Below, one piece after another: positions 1-20,543 of a stretch of 64,000 nucleotides of DNA; position 1 is the first letter of the stretch, and each line of letters begins with the position of its first letter. The translations under genes and the position numbers were made by a program. Source of the DNA: Chromera velia (Eukaryota). The notes under the pieces are model-generated. The model made no database searches, was not told where the DNA came from, and worked only from the letters and a program-made list of their open reading frames with translations. Location of the stretch: NCBI GenBank assembly GCA_018398765.1, contig JAHBMJ010000223.1, forward strand, positions 1-64,000, read 5' to 3'.

Positions 1-62
<62 letters not shown>

Positions 63-94
63 GACACACACACACACAGTGACACATACACACA

Positions 95-163
<69 letters not shown>

Positions 164-286
164 CATGTGATACACACACACATACACACTGTGACACACA
201 CACACACTATGACACACACACACTGTGACACACACACACACACTGTGATACACACACACACACACACACATTGTGAGACACACGCA

Positions 287-344
<58 letters not shown>

Positions 345-352
345 CACACACG
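1..352. repeat. (CA)n/(TA)n microsatellite
   Basis: Nearly pure CA dinucleotide run with occasional GTGA interruptions and a short TA run. Confidence 0.97.
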
Positions 353-616
353 CATATATATGTAGGTCACGCATTACTCTTCACACATCACATATCACAA
401 ACATGCATGCATGCCCATACGCATGCACACTTACTTATATGCAGAACTTTTGATTTCAACTGTCATTGCATCTTTTTCTTTCTAGTCTTCTTTGCTAAGA
501 ATTCTGCAATAAAAACTGGTATATTACATACTACCACATAATGAAAATGTCAATGCAATGGATGGACTCTATTCTAGAAATCTTATGGAAAACTGTTTGT
601 TTTCCATAAGGATCTT

Positions 617-1897
617 TTACATGCAGTTACATGCACTCCAGCACCTGTTGTGATCTTTGGAGTCATCACGCTTGTTAATTCCCCCAACAGTCTTGATGTA
701 GTGGTATTCTCGACCAGGAATTTTGTGGGGGCCCCTTCCACCAGAGACGTCGGCTCCTTGCACATGATAAATGAAAATGTAGAGGTCGTCATGAACCTCG
801 TGCACATCGACTTCTTTTTTAAGACGGCTCAGAGCGGCACGGAGGTTCTTGTTCTCCTTTTCAAGAGCAAGGACATAGCTTTTGGTATCGGAATCGCACC
901 GAAGATTCTCAGGACGCAATGTCGGCACAATGACGGCTGCACCACTTTGGGCATTGTCGTCAGAAAATGCATGGTCAATTTTGATAACGTCGCGATGATA
1001 CTCGCGGCCATGGGAAATCGGGGGTACTACCCTTTTTAGGAGGTCCCACTCGTTTTTATTGATTTGGTCAAAGGCGCCTCCTGCAATCGGAATTCCCTGA
1101 ATGATTCCACGATCGTGAACTCCGAAGACAATCTGGCCGTCGACTTTGGAATTCAGAAACGCAGTGATATAATTGACAAGGTCGCCGCCTGGTCCCAAGT
1201 AGTTCCTGAAGGACCTCAAGGGCATTGGTGAGTCTGAGTCCTTCCCACCCTTCAGCTCCAGATCGATCCCTTCACGTCTCAAAAATACTCCACCTTGCCT
1301 GTAACGAACAGGGTACATCGCTTTGTATAGATCCCGCGCCTTTGTGTCGGTCTTGGCAAGCTTGCAGAGCATTCTGGCAGCCGCTTTGTGCTCTGCGTAC
1401 TTTGGATGAAATGTGGCCGATTCGAAGTTGGCATAAGCACGCGCAGCGTCAGTCTCCGCACTGTCAACGTAACTTCCATTCGGAGATAGCAGTGTCACGG
1501 TTGTGCAGCAGCCATCTTCCTTCCGTACTGTCGAGTATTTTGCACGGAGCTGCATCTTCGTGCAGTAGTCGTTCAAACTTAGCTTTGGTGTCTTGGCTGC
1601 CTGAACGGGCCTTTCTGGGTTCTCGATGAGTGGGATTCTGTAATCTTGGCAAGATACTTTCGAGTTGTACCACAGAGCCTTCGCGTGCGCCCCTGCCTCA
1701 ACCTTCTTTACCAAAGGCTTGCTTTTAAATGTACTATCATTACCAGGGACCGTCAGGGTGCACACCCAAAGGCTCTCCTCATTCTGTTCAAATGTGACAT
1801 TGGGAGGACTTTCAGGGGACATGCTCTGTACTAAGGCATTGTACTTCTCAGTCACATCTCTCGGATGCACCGGGGCATACGGTTGTGGCCTGCTCAT
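617..1897 (-). CDS. dsRBD-like x2 + Schlafen/AlbA_2 domain protein (~426 aa, intronless CDS)
   Basis: Likely start is MSRPQP at 1897, just after a tttccag acceptor. The C-terminal half has the Schlafen core motifs REGIDLELK (ExxxxExK) and ITAFLNSKVDGQIVFGVHDRGIIQGI. The N-terminal half has dsRBD-like patterns (TPKLSLNDYCTKMQLRAKY...AEHKAAARMLCKL, and a weaker first copy ending KKVEAGAHAKALW). Confidence 0.8.
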   Translation of the reverse strand: MSRPQPYAPVHPRDVTEKYNALVQSMSPESPPNVTFEQNEESLWVCTLTVPGNDSTFKSKPLVKKVEAGAHAKALWYNSKVSCQDYRIPLIENPERPVQAAKTPKLSLNDYCTKMQLRAKYSTVRKEDGCCTTVTLLSPNGSYVDSAETDAARAYANFESATFHPKYAEHKAAARMLCKLAKTDTKARDLYKAMYPVRYRQGGVFLRREGIDLELKGGKDSDSPMPLRSFRNYLGPGGDLVNYITAFLNSKVDGQIVFGVHDRGIIQGIPIAGGAFDQINKNEWDLLKRVVPPISHGREYHRDVIKIDHAFSDDNAQSGAAVIVPTLRPENLRCDSDTKSYVLALEKENKNLRAALSRLKKEVDVHEVHDDLYIFIYHVQGADVSGGRGPHKIPGREYHYIKTVGGINKRDDSKDHNRCWSACNCM

Positions 1898-2592
1898 CGT
1901 TGTCTGGAAATGACAAAGAGACAGGACCAGACAGACAGGCGTATTCTTCTTGTTTTGCTGATGACAGGTATACATGCACGGACAAACGGACAGTAACAGG
2001 GGTTGCCCATGTAATGGGAGTTCGCGCGGAGCCAGACAAAAACATACAACGGAGCGAGAACGCAGGTTCAGCCGGAACCAAGATCTGCATATACATGCAC
2101 TGATCAAGCGAACAGAGCATGCAAATTATTAATAAGCTAATACACGCGAGAGTGGGCGCGCATTGCGCGCTGAGGTACTTCGGATGCGTAACTGCGTACG
2201 AACGAAGTATAGGCGGAAGTACACAAACTTTGTGTTTTGTCACGCGTAGTCACGTCGTGCTGGTCCCACTTTGCATGGCATCATGCAAACCCGGCGGTCC
2301 GGAGAAAACTATGATCGTTGAACAGGACGCAACAAGACTACAAGCATCTACAAGCAAGTGGACTTGGTGGTTCCATCCAGTAGAGCACGTGGCTGTGTGA
2401 ACACTTTCTGTGTCCGTGAAATGTTGATTTATTTTCTGTGTGTTCCTGTGTAGTCAAATAAACGCTCCCGACCTGTTTCGAACATCGCCCGCTTGCATCT
2501 CCACTCTCCTGCTTCCTGAAGTGTTTCCGGAATTTCCTTGCAACTCTCTACACACAGATCCAGCAAGGAGCAACACCGCAAAAAACCTCAAA

Positions 2593-3769
2593 ATGGCACC
2601 CAAGCCTAAGTCCTCTGCCAGGGCAAGCGTCGAACGGTCTCCCAGACGCTCTCCCAGGGAAGGTTCTTCAGACAGAAAGAAGAACCAGGCACCCAAAAAG
2701 AAAGTCGTCAAGGGACCTGCCAAGAAGGACAGAAAACACAAATCAAAAGCCTCAAAACACGTACCCTCGGTATGTTCTCTTTCTGCGACCGAACGGCTGT
2801 GAAAGGAGTTGAGTCAGACACGGAGACGGTGGTGTCTGACTGTCTACAAGCTCCGTGCATCCGTATCTTTCCTTCCTTTTTGTTCCCCTTCCTCTGTGTC
2901 TGTCTTCCTCTTGCAGACTGGAGGTGTTATGAAGGCTACCCGTTTCAGACCAGGTGCGTGACCTGTGTGCGTCACTTCATCTTGCTCACTTAACCCTGGG
3001 CACAGGACACACAAAGTGCTCTTCTGTTGTTTGCACAGGCATTTCGTTTTTGTTTTTTTTTTTTCCTCTTCCGTCTCCTTCCTGTCTCAACTCTCCTGTG
3101 ACCATTTCCATCTGTCCACCCTCTCTTGTGTGCCCCTCTCCCGTTTTTTCAGTTTGACAACTTGACGGACTCTCTGAGATACTCACTGACTGGCTGGCTG
3201 ACTGACAGATTGACCGACTGACCCACAGCTGCTTTTCGTTTGCAAAAGAACTGGAGGAGGGAGAGAGGGGCAGGTCATTCAAGCTTTCCTTCTTTTTTCC
3301 CTCTTTTGTTTTCGCTTCGTTCCATGTCGTTGATCTGCGTCTGTCTTGGAGACCCTTGACCGACCGACTGACTCAAGAGGGGAGGCGGGCCCCGGCCTCC
3401 AGTTCCCGGAACGGGTTTTGTTTGGTATATGCAGTCTGGTTCAATGGTCTTCAGACTCAACTGCACTACACAGAACATGCGTGAAGAGAAGGGGGGAGTG
3501 CCTCAGGGTGTAGATATATTTCCTCAAGGTACCTGACTGCAGGCACTGTGGCCCTCAGGGAAATCCGGAAGTACCAGAAGAGCACGGAGCTTCTGATACC
3601 CCGTCTCTCCTTCGCGAGGGTAGTCAGGGAGGGCACTCAGACGGTCCCAAAGGCACACGGGCACGACCTCAGATACACACCGGAGGCCCTGGAGTGTCTC
3701 CAGACGGCAGCAGAAGCCTTCCTGGTGGACCTGATAGAGGACGGGTTGGTGCGTTTTTTTGTTGGTGGC

Positions 3770-3810
<41 letters not shown>

Positions 3811-3923
3811 CGTGTGTGTGTATGTGCGTGCGTGCGTGCGTGCGTGCGTGCGTGTGTGTGTGTGTGCGTGCGTGTGTGTACGTGTGTGTGTGTATGTGTG
3901 TGTGTGTGTGTGTGGGGTGTGTG

Positions 3924-3956
<33 letters not shown>

Positions 3957-3999
3957 NNNNNNNNNNNNNNNNNNNNNNNNNNNNNNNNNNNNNNNNNNN

Positions 4000-4045
<46 letters not shown>

Positions 4046-4597
4046 AAAGTGGGTTACGCTTTCCTCATCTCCAAAAGAAGAGAATGAGCGAGAGAAGGAG
4101 TGAGGGAATGTTTTTGCATCTGTGGCTGTCTGTAGTTGCCTGAAGTATTCTCGTTCTTGTGCCTTTCCTTTTCCTTTCTGTGTACTGGTTCTGCCCTCTC
4201 TGCTCTCTCTGTCTCTTTCTCTCTGTCTCTGTGGCTATCCGTGGAAGCAAGCAGGTATCTGTGCAGCCTTCACGCCAAAAGAATGACGCTGATGGTCAAG
4301 GACCTCCGATTAGGTCGGTGTGTCTGCTCTCTCTCTCTCTCTCTTTGGGGGTTTGCACCGAGAAGTTCCCTCCCCCTCCTCTCCTCCCCTCTTTTTCATG
4401 GCTTTCCCTTCCGTTCCGTTCGCTGCTCCACCACAACTTTCTCCAAACATCATTTTCTTGTGTCAGGCAGGCTGTCCTTCCACATTCTGCATTTGACTCT
4501 TTGCATGTGCCTCTGTCGGTGTCACTCTCTCCAGTTGAGACTTTTTTTTAAACAGGCAGGAACACACGCAGACAGACTTGCTCATACATACACACAC

Positions 4598-4629
<32 letters not shown>

Positions 4630-5299
4630 CCATACAGTGTATCGCATCACACGATGCTCGCACTCATAGAGGGGGGAGAACACATCCAGGGAGGCTTCCT
4701 TCCTTCCTTCCTTCCTTCATTCATTCATTCATTCCGGTGCGCCCTCTGCCACATGACATCAAGGAGTCGAGAAAGGGTGAGAGACTGAGGATGGAAGGAT
4801 GGATGAACCTCTCTCTGCTTCCCCTCTCTCCTGTGTGTGTGAATCTCTCGAGGAGGGGCCTTTTGTGTTTCTGTGCGGGCGTAGCTGTGCAAAAGGGAGA
4901 ATGTGTGTGTGAACTTTCTGCCCTCCCTCTCTCTCCTCTTGTCCTCTATTGCAAGATACCTCGCTCCTCTCAGCAGTCCTTCCCGTCCGTTCTCCTTCGA
5001 AGGGCCCTTCTCAAAGGAAAGGAAAGGGAACTCGCTTCATTCAGGATCCCTGGAACCAAGCAGATTGGCAGTCCTTCCTGCATCTTTTTTGCATGTCAGC
5101 TATCTATCTGTCAGGTCTGCTCAGTCAGTCAATCGACCGATTGATTCTTATTTCCACATGCACCCATGCACCCACCCTCTCGTGCATGCCTGCATGCGAT
5201 GCAGCTCGGCGAGTACGGGGACAGGGCAACGCTCCGGAGCGGTCCCTGTGGTCGAGGTCCAATTGGGTCAATAGGGGGCTGCGGTTTGAGGGAGAGTGA
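2593..5299 (+). CDS. CENH3: Centromeric histone H3-like variant (CenH3/CENP-A-like), 5 exons: 2593-2769, 2917-2953, 3543-3744, 4255-4313, 5205-5299
   Basis: The spliced product reads ...[35 protein letters not shown]...[51 protein letters not shown]. This is an H3 histone fold with a non-canonical K/S/R-rich tail, a longer loop 1, and FARVVRE/LRY in place of FQRLVRE/LRF. All junctions are GT-AG and phase-compatible. Confidence 0.85.
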
Positions 5300-6677
5300 A
5301 GGACTGACTGACTGAATGGACTCCTCTCTTTAGGGGGGTAGGGGGGGCACTCACTCACTGGGCCGTCTCGTCTCATTAGAAGTTCTCTCTCTCTCTGTCT
5401 CTCCATTCACTCAGAGTTGATGAAGAGGGTCTGTGAGAAGCCGGCCGTTCAGGTGGATGGTGTGTGTGTAAACGATGCAGGGAGCAGGGCGGGGGGAGGA
5501 GACGGATGGAGATGCAGAAGAAGTCTTTGGTCGGCAGAAGGTGCTTGCCCTTCTCACATGAACTCCTGTCTGTCCTTACTTCTCTCTATGTCTGTTTTTA
5601 TTTTTCTTCCTGACTGCATGGCTGGCTGAGGTACAGGAGAGAAGAGGCGTGCATGCAGGTGAGGCAGTCCATGAGGGGGCTCAAGGATGACATATACGTG
5701 TCCTCCTCATACGTTCTTTGCTGCTTTCTCTCCAGCCCTTCTGTCTTCTGGCGACCCTCTACCTCTCGCTGCTCTCGTGTCCTCACTGAGAGAACAGAGA
5801 GGGAAGAACAGAAAGAAAGAAAGAAAGAAAAGAATGGAGAGGCATTCAAGAGGCAGGAAGGGAAGGGAAGGGAAGGAAAAGAAGACGCACTCAGGCAGAA
5901 AGGACACGCGAGTCTCTCTCTCCTACTTCCCCCCGTCCCTCTTCTTAAATTCCTTGGACAAACAAAGAAAACAAAAAAGCATCCCTCCCTCCCTCCTTCC
6001 TCCCTTCACGAATGAATGAATGCCTCCATCCATCCATCCATCCATCCATCCAGTCTTGGCGTTCCGATCGCGAGTTCGGTCGGTGTGTGTGTACATGAAG
6101 GAAGTACGATGCATCGTGCAACATGATCAATCGCATCCGTGAGATTACTGTTTTCCTGCCGTGAGAATGCACACACACACACACACGGGGAGTGTGTGAA
6201 AGAGAGAGAGGAAGGAAGAGACAGAGAGGGAGAGAGAGTGGAGAGAGAGTCTTACTCTGTCCTTCTGATGAAATCGCTCATGATGGACAATCGCAATCTC
6301 CCGACTTGGAGGAGAGGACACAAGCTGCATAATTAAGTGAATAAATGCATGTGCATTGATGTACGTCGCATTCTTCATTCCTTTTTTCCTTCCCTTCCCC
6401 CCCTTCTTGTTGATCGATGCAGAATCGATCCTTCCGATTGTCTTCCCCCTTTCGTCATTCCTCTTCTCCGCGCATCCATCCGTCACCACTTGTATCACTC
6501 AGGCAGTTAGACAGAAAGAGAGATAGATTGTTAGACGGACAGAGAGACAGACAGACGGACACAGACAGAGAAAGAGACAGCGCGAGAGAGAGACAGACAG
6601 AAGACCGAGACAGAGACACAGATAGACCGACCGACCGACCGACCGAGAGAGAGACAGACAGACAGACAGACAGAGAC

Positions 6678-6709
<32 letters not shown>

Positions 6710-8196
6710 GACCGCACGCACCCAAGGAAAGACAGTTGTGTAGACGGTGAACGAGATGTCAAAGATCAAAATGGAAGAAGGCGAAGGAAAGAAACTGGAA
6801 AGAGAAAACGGAAGACAGACCGACAGACAGGCAAGCAGGCAGACAAACCCAACGGAAATGGAAGAACGTGCGAGTAAAAAGATTGGATGGATGAGTAATG
6901 CAGGACCCACCACGACTGACTCAAGAGAGGCACCGCATTAAAAAAGAAAGGGTGTGGGTGGTGGTTGCAGCCTGGTCTACAGTTTAATTTGTGGTTCGGG
7001 AATCCTCTATCGGTCTGTACAGGCAACAGCCCAGCGCTGAGAAAAACCCAGCATTCAAGAAATGTGGCGCATCGAATAGAATCTTTTGCAAAGAGCTGTG
7101 AAAAAGCGACTTTCAGCCAATTAATTCACAAATTCTTGTGTAAAGTTGGGCGAGAGAGTTGCGGCTTATGCTGGCTTACATGTACCTTGATTCATACCTG
7201 GCCCAGTGTCATGAATCATGATTGGTGTAGACATTCTAAGATTGGTGTAAAAACCTAGGTAAAAACTGTGTTAAAAGCTAGATCAAAAGTTGTGTGCTAC
7301 TAGAGATAGCGTAACGTTGTTTGTGTCTAGGATTGTGGTTACTAGCGGCACACTAGACTAATGCATATAAAATTGGGCGGTTTACATTAATGAGAGAGAC
7401 GATAGCACTATTCATTATAAGTGAGATCGCGATTGATTTATTTTATGATAAATCATTGGAAATAAATTATAAGTGTCTTAATTACACTGTTTATAAAAAT
7501 TGCACCAATTAATCTTGTTGTGTTACACAATGTATCTAGCAATGTATAGTATAGCATTGTAAATTGTGTAACTCTTACGGGAGTCTTACCTCTGACTTCC
7601 CTTTTGTTACATATTAAAGTGTGTAACATAGCATAGCACTACGTATAGCATTAATGTTCTGGGTTTTTTCTGTGGTCCACAGCTCAGTGACAGCTGGGGG
7701 ATGGCTTGCACTAGCTGCATGTGTGTAGTACACACCTAGAGTATACACTGTATACTAATTGAATTTTTAAACATAAAACCTAGCATAAAAGTGTGTATTA
7801 ATTCTAATTAAGGGAAAAACTTTTTAAAGGTATGAAATGAAGGTTTTAAAGAATTTAAAGTTTGAATTGACATAAAAGCTAAGTTCAAATGATAAGTGAC
7901 GTACTTATTGGTGCCCTAAGACACTGTCGCCGTTTTGTTTTTTAGAAGTCGCCTCCATGTAGAATGGTTCTTTTGCCTAACATAAAGCTACATGTTGCCT
8001 TATATCATCCGGGCCATAAAAATCAGGTTATAATCTCTATTTGCCAAATCACTAACTATATATTAACTAGTATATTAACCATTAAAAGCAAGTATTACTA
8101 TAATCTTTTGGCCAGAAGTTAATTCGTGTTTTAATTATTTTGTTATCTATACGGCGCATCATATCGAAAACTTAATTGACATCATAATTTAGTAAG

Positions 8197-17096
<8,900 letters not shown>

Positions 17097-17269
17097 CGTC
17101 TTCCAACCACCCCCCTCGGTCGAGAAAGGCAAAGGGAACTGCCAGGGCAGGTCAATCTACGCACATGGCACATTCGAGTGCGTGCGTTGGTCAAATCACC
17201 CAGGTGGACTGTCACTTCTGTGGTGTGAGTACAGCGACAACGGAGAGCATCTGACATCTCCACGAAGCT

Positions 17270-17440
17270 TTTCCCGCGTACTCGCGTGCGTCAGATGTGC
17301 AATTCACGCGCGCGAGATCGCGCGAGTCCCCAACCGCGGTTCCCAAAACATGCATGGATGCATGTGATGCAATTTAGTAATGCGTAATTTCAGCCTGCAT
17401 GAATGCATGCACGAACTGTATAGACGGCCGGTTAATTATG
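17270..17440. promoter_or_regulatory. Bidirectional promoter between argS and FKBP with TGCATG(CA) and CGCGCG motifs
   Basis: Head-to-head starts at 17096 (-) and 17595 (+). Clustered cacgcgcgcgagatcgcgcg and catgcatggatgcatg...tgcatgaatgcatgca. Confidence 0.55.
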
Positions 17441-17594
17441 TCCGACGTTCCAGCCAAAAGCTATATAGGGTTCATGCATAGTTTGGAGCCTGGACTGTTC
17501 TCACACAGCAAACGTAAAGAAAGGATCGGAAAGGGCAATCTCTGCACAAGCGATTTGGAAAATCGACACAGGAAAATCGACACATAGCACAGCA

Positions 17595-18631
17595 ATGGCG
17601 CCTGGAGCTGCAGGAGCACCCAACGCCAAAGGGGAAGGCACAGAAGCGACCAAAAAGGCAAATTCACAGCATGCACCGTCAGGCCGACAGAATGGAGAGC
17701 AGAAAGTTCCTCTGAAGAGTGCGCTCAAATCTTCACAAGCAGCCCCTCCTCCTCAGGCTGCTGGAGCCACCTCCAGTGCAGTCTCCGCTACCTCCAAACG
17801 CAAGCCAGCTAAATCAACCACAGTGAGTGACAAGCCCTTGAGGTTTGAATGGAAGTACAAAGAACCCTCCCTCGATGGCCTCTTTCCAACCGCACCGGGG
17901 ACCTACACGCTGGACGACCTCAAACTGGCAGCAATCGGGGTTGAGCTTCCCACCAAGCAGGAACTGATGGCTCTCAAATCGACAAAGGTGCGTCGGGAGA
18001 CAAAGAGACAGATGGACAAAGAAACCAAGAGATACATAGGCTGAGAAAAATCGTGTTGTATTGTGCGTTTTTGCGTATCACTCGAACCATCTATCTGTCG
18101 GCATGCTTCGGCATTAGTCTGCGTGCTCACTGAGGCCGTTGTGCGTCATTAAGTGAGCCTCTGTGCCTGCATGCTTACGCATCTCTCTCTGTCTATCTTT
18201 CTATCTATCTCCTAATGCATGTCTTTTCATATCTGCACCTGCAAGTAAGTCTCATGTCTGCCAAATTTTTTTGATCAAAATCAAGTACACTGAGAGACGT
18301 TCTCACAAAACAAAACAGTAACCCGCCCCCCCCCCTCCCCCTCTGTCTGCGCGTGTACGTGTTTGCGTGTTTCTAAAAATGGGTGGGTTTGCGGGTGAAT
18401 ATGTAAACGTAGGGTTTTTTCACCTGTGCATGCGAGTGTGTGTACGTCAGTCTGTAATTGTGCTACAGGTATGTGCAAATGTGCGCTACAAAGTGTGGAA
18501 TTCCAAATTTCGCATTCCTTCCACTTTTTTGAATTGTGATTGTCTGTCATTATCGTAGTGCGTGATTGTGTGTGTGTGTGTGTGTGTGTGTGTCTATGTA
18601 TGTATGTATGTATGTATATGTAATGCGTGAT

Positions 18632-18677
<46 letters not shown>

Positions 18678-18746
18678 TGTGTATGTCTATGGATGTGTGT
18701 TTGTGTATGTATGTATGTATGTATGTATGTATATGTAATGCGTGAT

Positions 18747-18780
<34 letters not shown>

Positions 18781-19551
18781 TCTTTCTGTCTGTTCCACCC
18801 CCATCTCTCTACAGACAAATCACTAGGCAGGCGGTTCACAGCTAGGCCTGCAGAAGTCCCTCTGCGGCACGGGGGGTCTTTCCTTCTCCCTCCCTGTAGC
18901 TCTCTTAATTCTCTCTTTTGATTTCCCTCTGCTTGTCCCGCTCCAGACTTCAAACCTACAAGCTTCCGCACAGACAGTAATTGTCCCCCGACCAGGGAAT
19001 CAATTTCTGTGACTGCATGGGAGTCCCACAGGGGGGCGAATGGACGCAGTTCTAAACGTACCAGCATCACATTGGCACAACATAAAAGTATTGGGTGCAT
19101 GTCTTGTTGCACTGCCTGAGTGTGCCTCTATTCATCCTGTCATACGTACCATTCAAACGTCTCGATCCACATGCAGGTCCGGACGGTGATCAATGGGGAT
19201 TTGATGAAGAGGCCACAAGCGGGGTGCACAGCCTCAATCAACTACATTGCCTTCTATACGAACGCCAACTTTCACGGGAAAATGTGGGACTCGACGTACA
19301 ACCGCGGGAGGCCTCTGCAGTTCCAATTGGGGTGCAACGGTGTGTTTGAGGGTTTGGAGACGGCGGTGATGACGATGGTGGAGGGGGCCAAGGCGCTCGC
19401 GTTTATCCCTGCGTGCGAGGGTTTTGGATCCGACCAGGGATTTCCGTCTCTTGTTCCTCCGGATGCTGTCCTCATCTTCTGGATCGTTCTTGAAGAGGTT
19501 CTGCCATTGGGCTACAGAAGCTTGAGGCTCAAGCTCCGTCAATATGCATGA
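17595..19551 (+). CDS. FKBP-type peptidyl-prolyl isomerase domain protein; exons 17595-17987 and 19177-19551
   Basis: Exon 2 reads RPQAGCTASINYIAFY...GKMWDSTYNRGRPLQFQLGCNGVFEGLETAVMTMVEGAKALAFIPACEGFG...VPPDAVLIFWIVL, an FKBP_C pattern. Phase-0 AAG|GT and CAG|GTC junctions. Confidence 0.88.
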
Positions 19552-20543
19552 CTGCCTTGATTGAAGTCAGTTTGAAGACCTAGTTGAAAACATATTGAAA
19601 ACTCAGTGGTATATTCTTTGAAAATTGAATGAAAATCCGGTAAAAACATGCAATAATTATATCTATTGTATCTAAAAATGATATAAAGCTAGATGTAGGC
19701 CTACTTAATACTTATATGTCGATCTATGCCGATCTTAACTCTTCTTTACTTATACCCGGACTTTAAGAGTTACTTAGATAGTACTGGATAGCGCTGCCAG
19801 TAACTTTAAAGTTTAGTTTTGGAGTCCACGACCTCTTAAAGTTACGAACGATGACTTACCGAACTTTAGTAACTTTGACAGATGCCATAAAGTTACCAAA
19901 ATAGAGTAGATCGAAATGTTATGTTATCCTAGATGCTATTATAGTTAAAGAAGTGTTTACACAGTTTTTTTACTACAATAGCACCGTTTTAAAATGTTTT
20001 CTCTGTTTCAAACGTGCGGCAAAATGATTTAAACCTATCAATTCAAGATTTAGTTAAAAACACTTTGCTAGGTTACTAAGACCGTTAGTTAAGAGTCTTT
20101 ATTGGAGCCACCATCCATGATTTAACTGCCTGCAAATTCGTGTAACACTTGGACGCACGCGTACGTACGTACGCAACGCACTGACATGGATGGACTCACA
20201 TGAGGCTCACGCTTGCGTATGTTAAAATGTTGTTTGCATGCGTTATGCGTGCGTTGAAGTGTTGCATGCACGTCGGAATTTGCGATGCACGCATGCAGTC
20301 AATTATTAATAAATTGTCGTCAGTCTGTTTCAGTGTGACTTTGCAGCTTCTGTCTAAAATGAGCAGGCTTCAATCTGGAAGCAGATCGTCTAGCAGATCG
20401 TAAGCCGCTTGAAACGGAAAACTATCAGCTTGGCACTGAAGGTTCTATACACTTGCCTACTCGATCAAAAAATCAGTTTACTGCCTGTTTGTCTACAATG
20501 TCTTCGAATATTGTTTGTCTGATTCTGTCTGTACCCTCCCTAG

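Noticed and set aside
167..541. HT/CV-repeat ORFs (also at ~3.7-4.1, 18.6, 29.2 and 52.1 kb)
   Set aside because: Translations of CA/TG microsatellites.
1898..2107. N-terminal 70 aa of ORF 617-2107
   Set aside because: Intron/UTR-like sequence ending in a pyrimidine-rich CAG acceptor just before the ATG at 1897.
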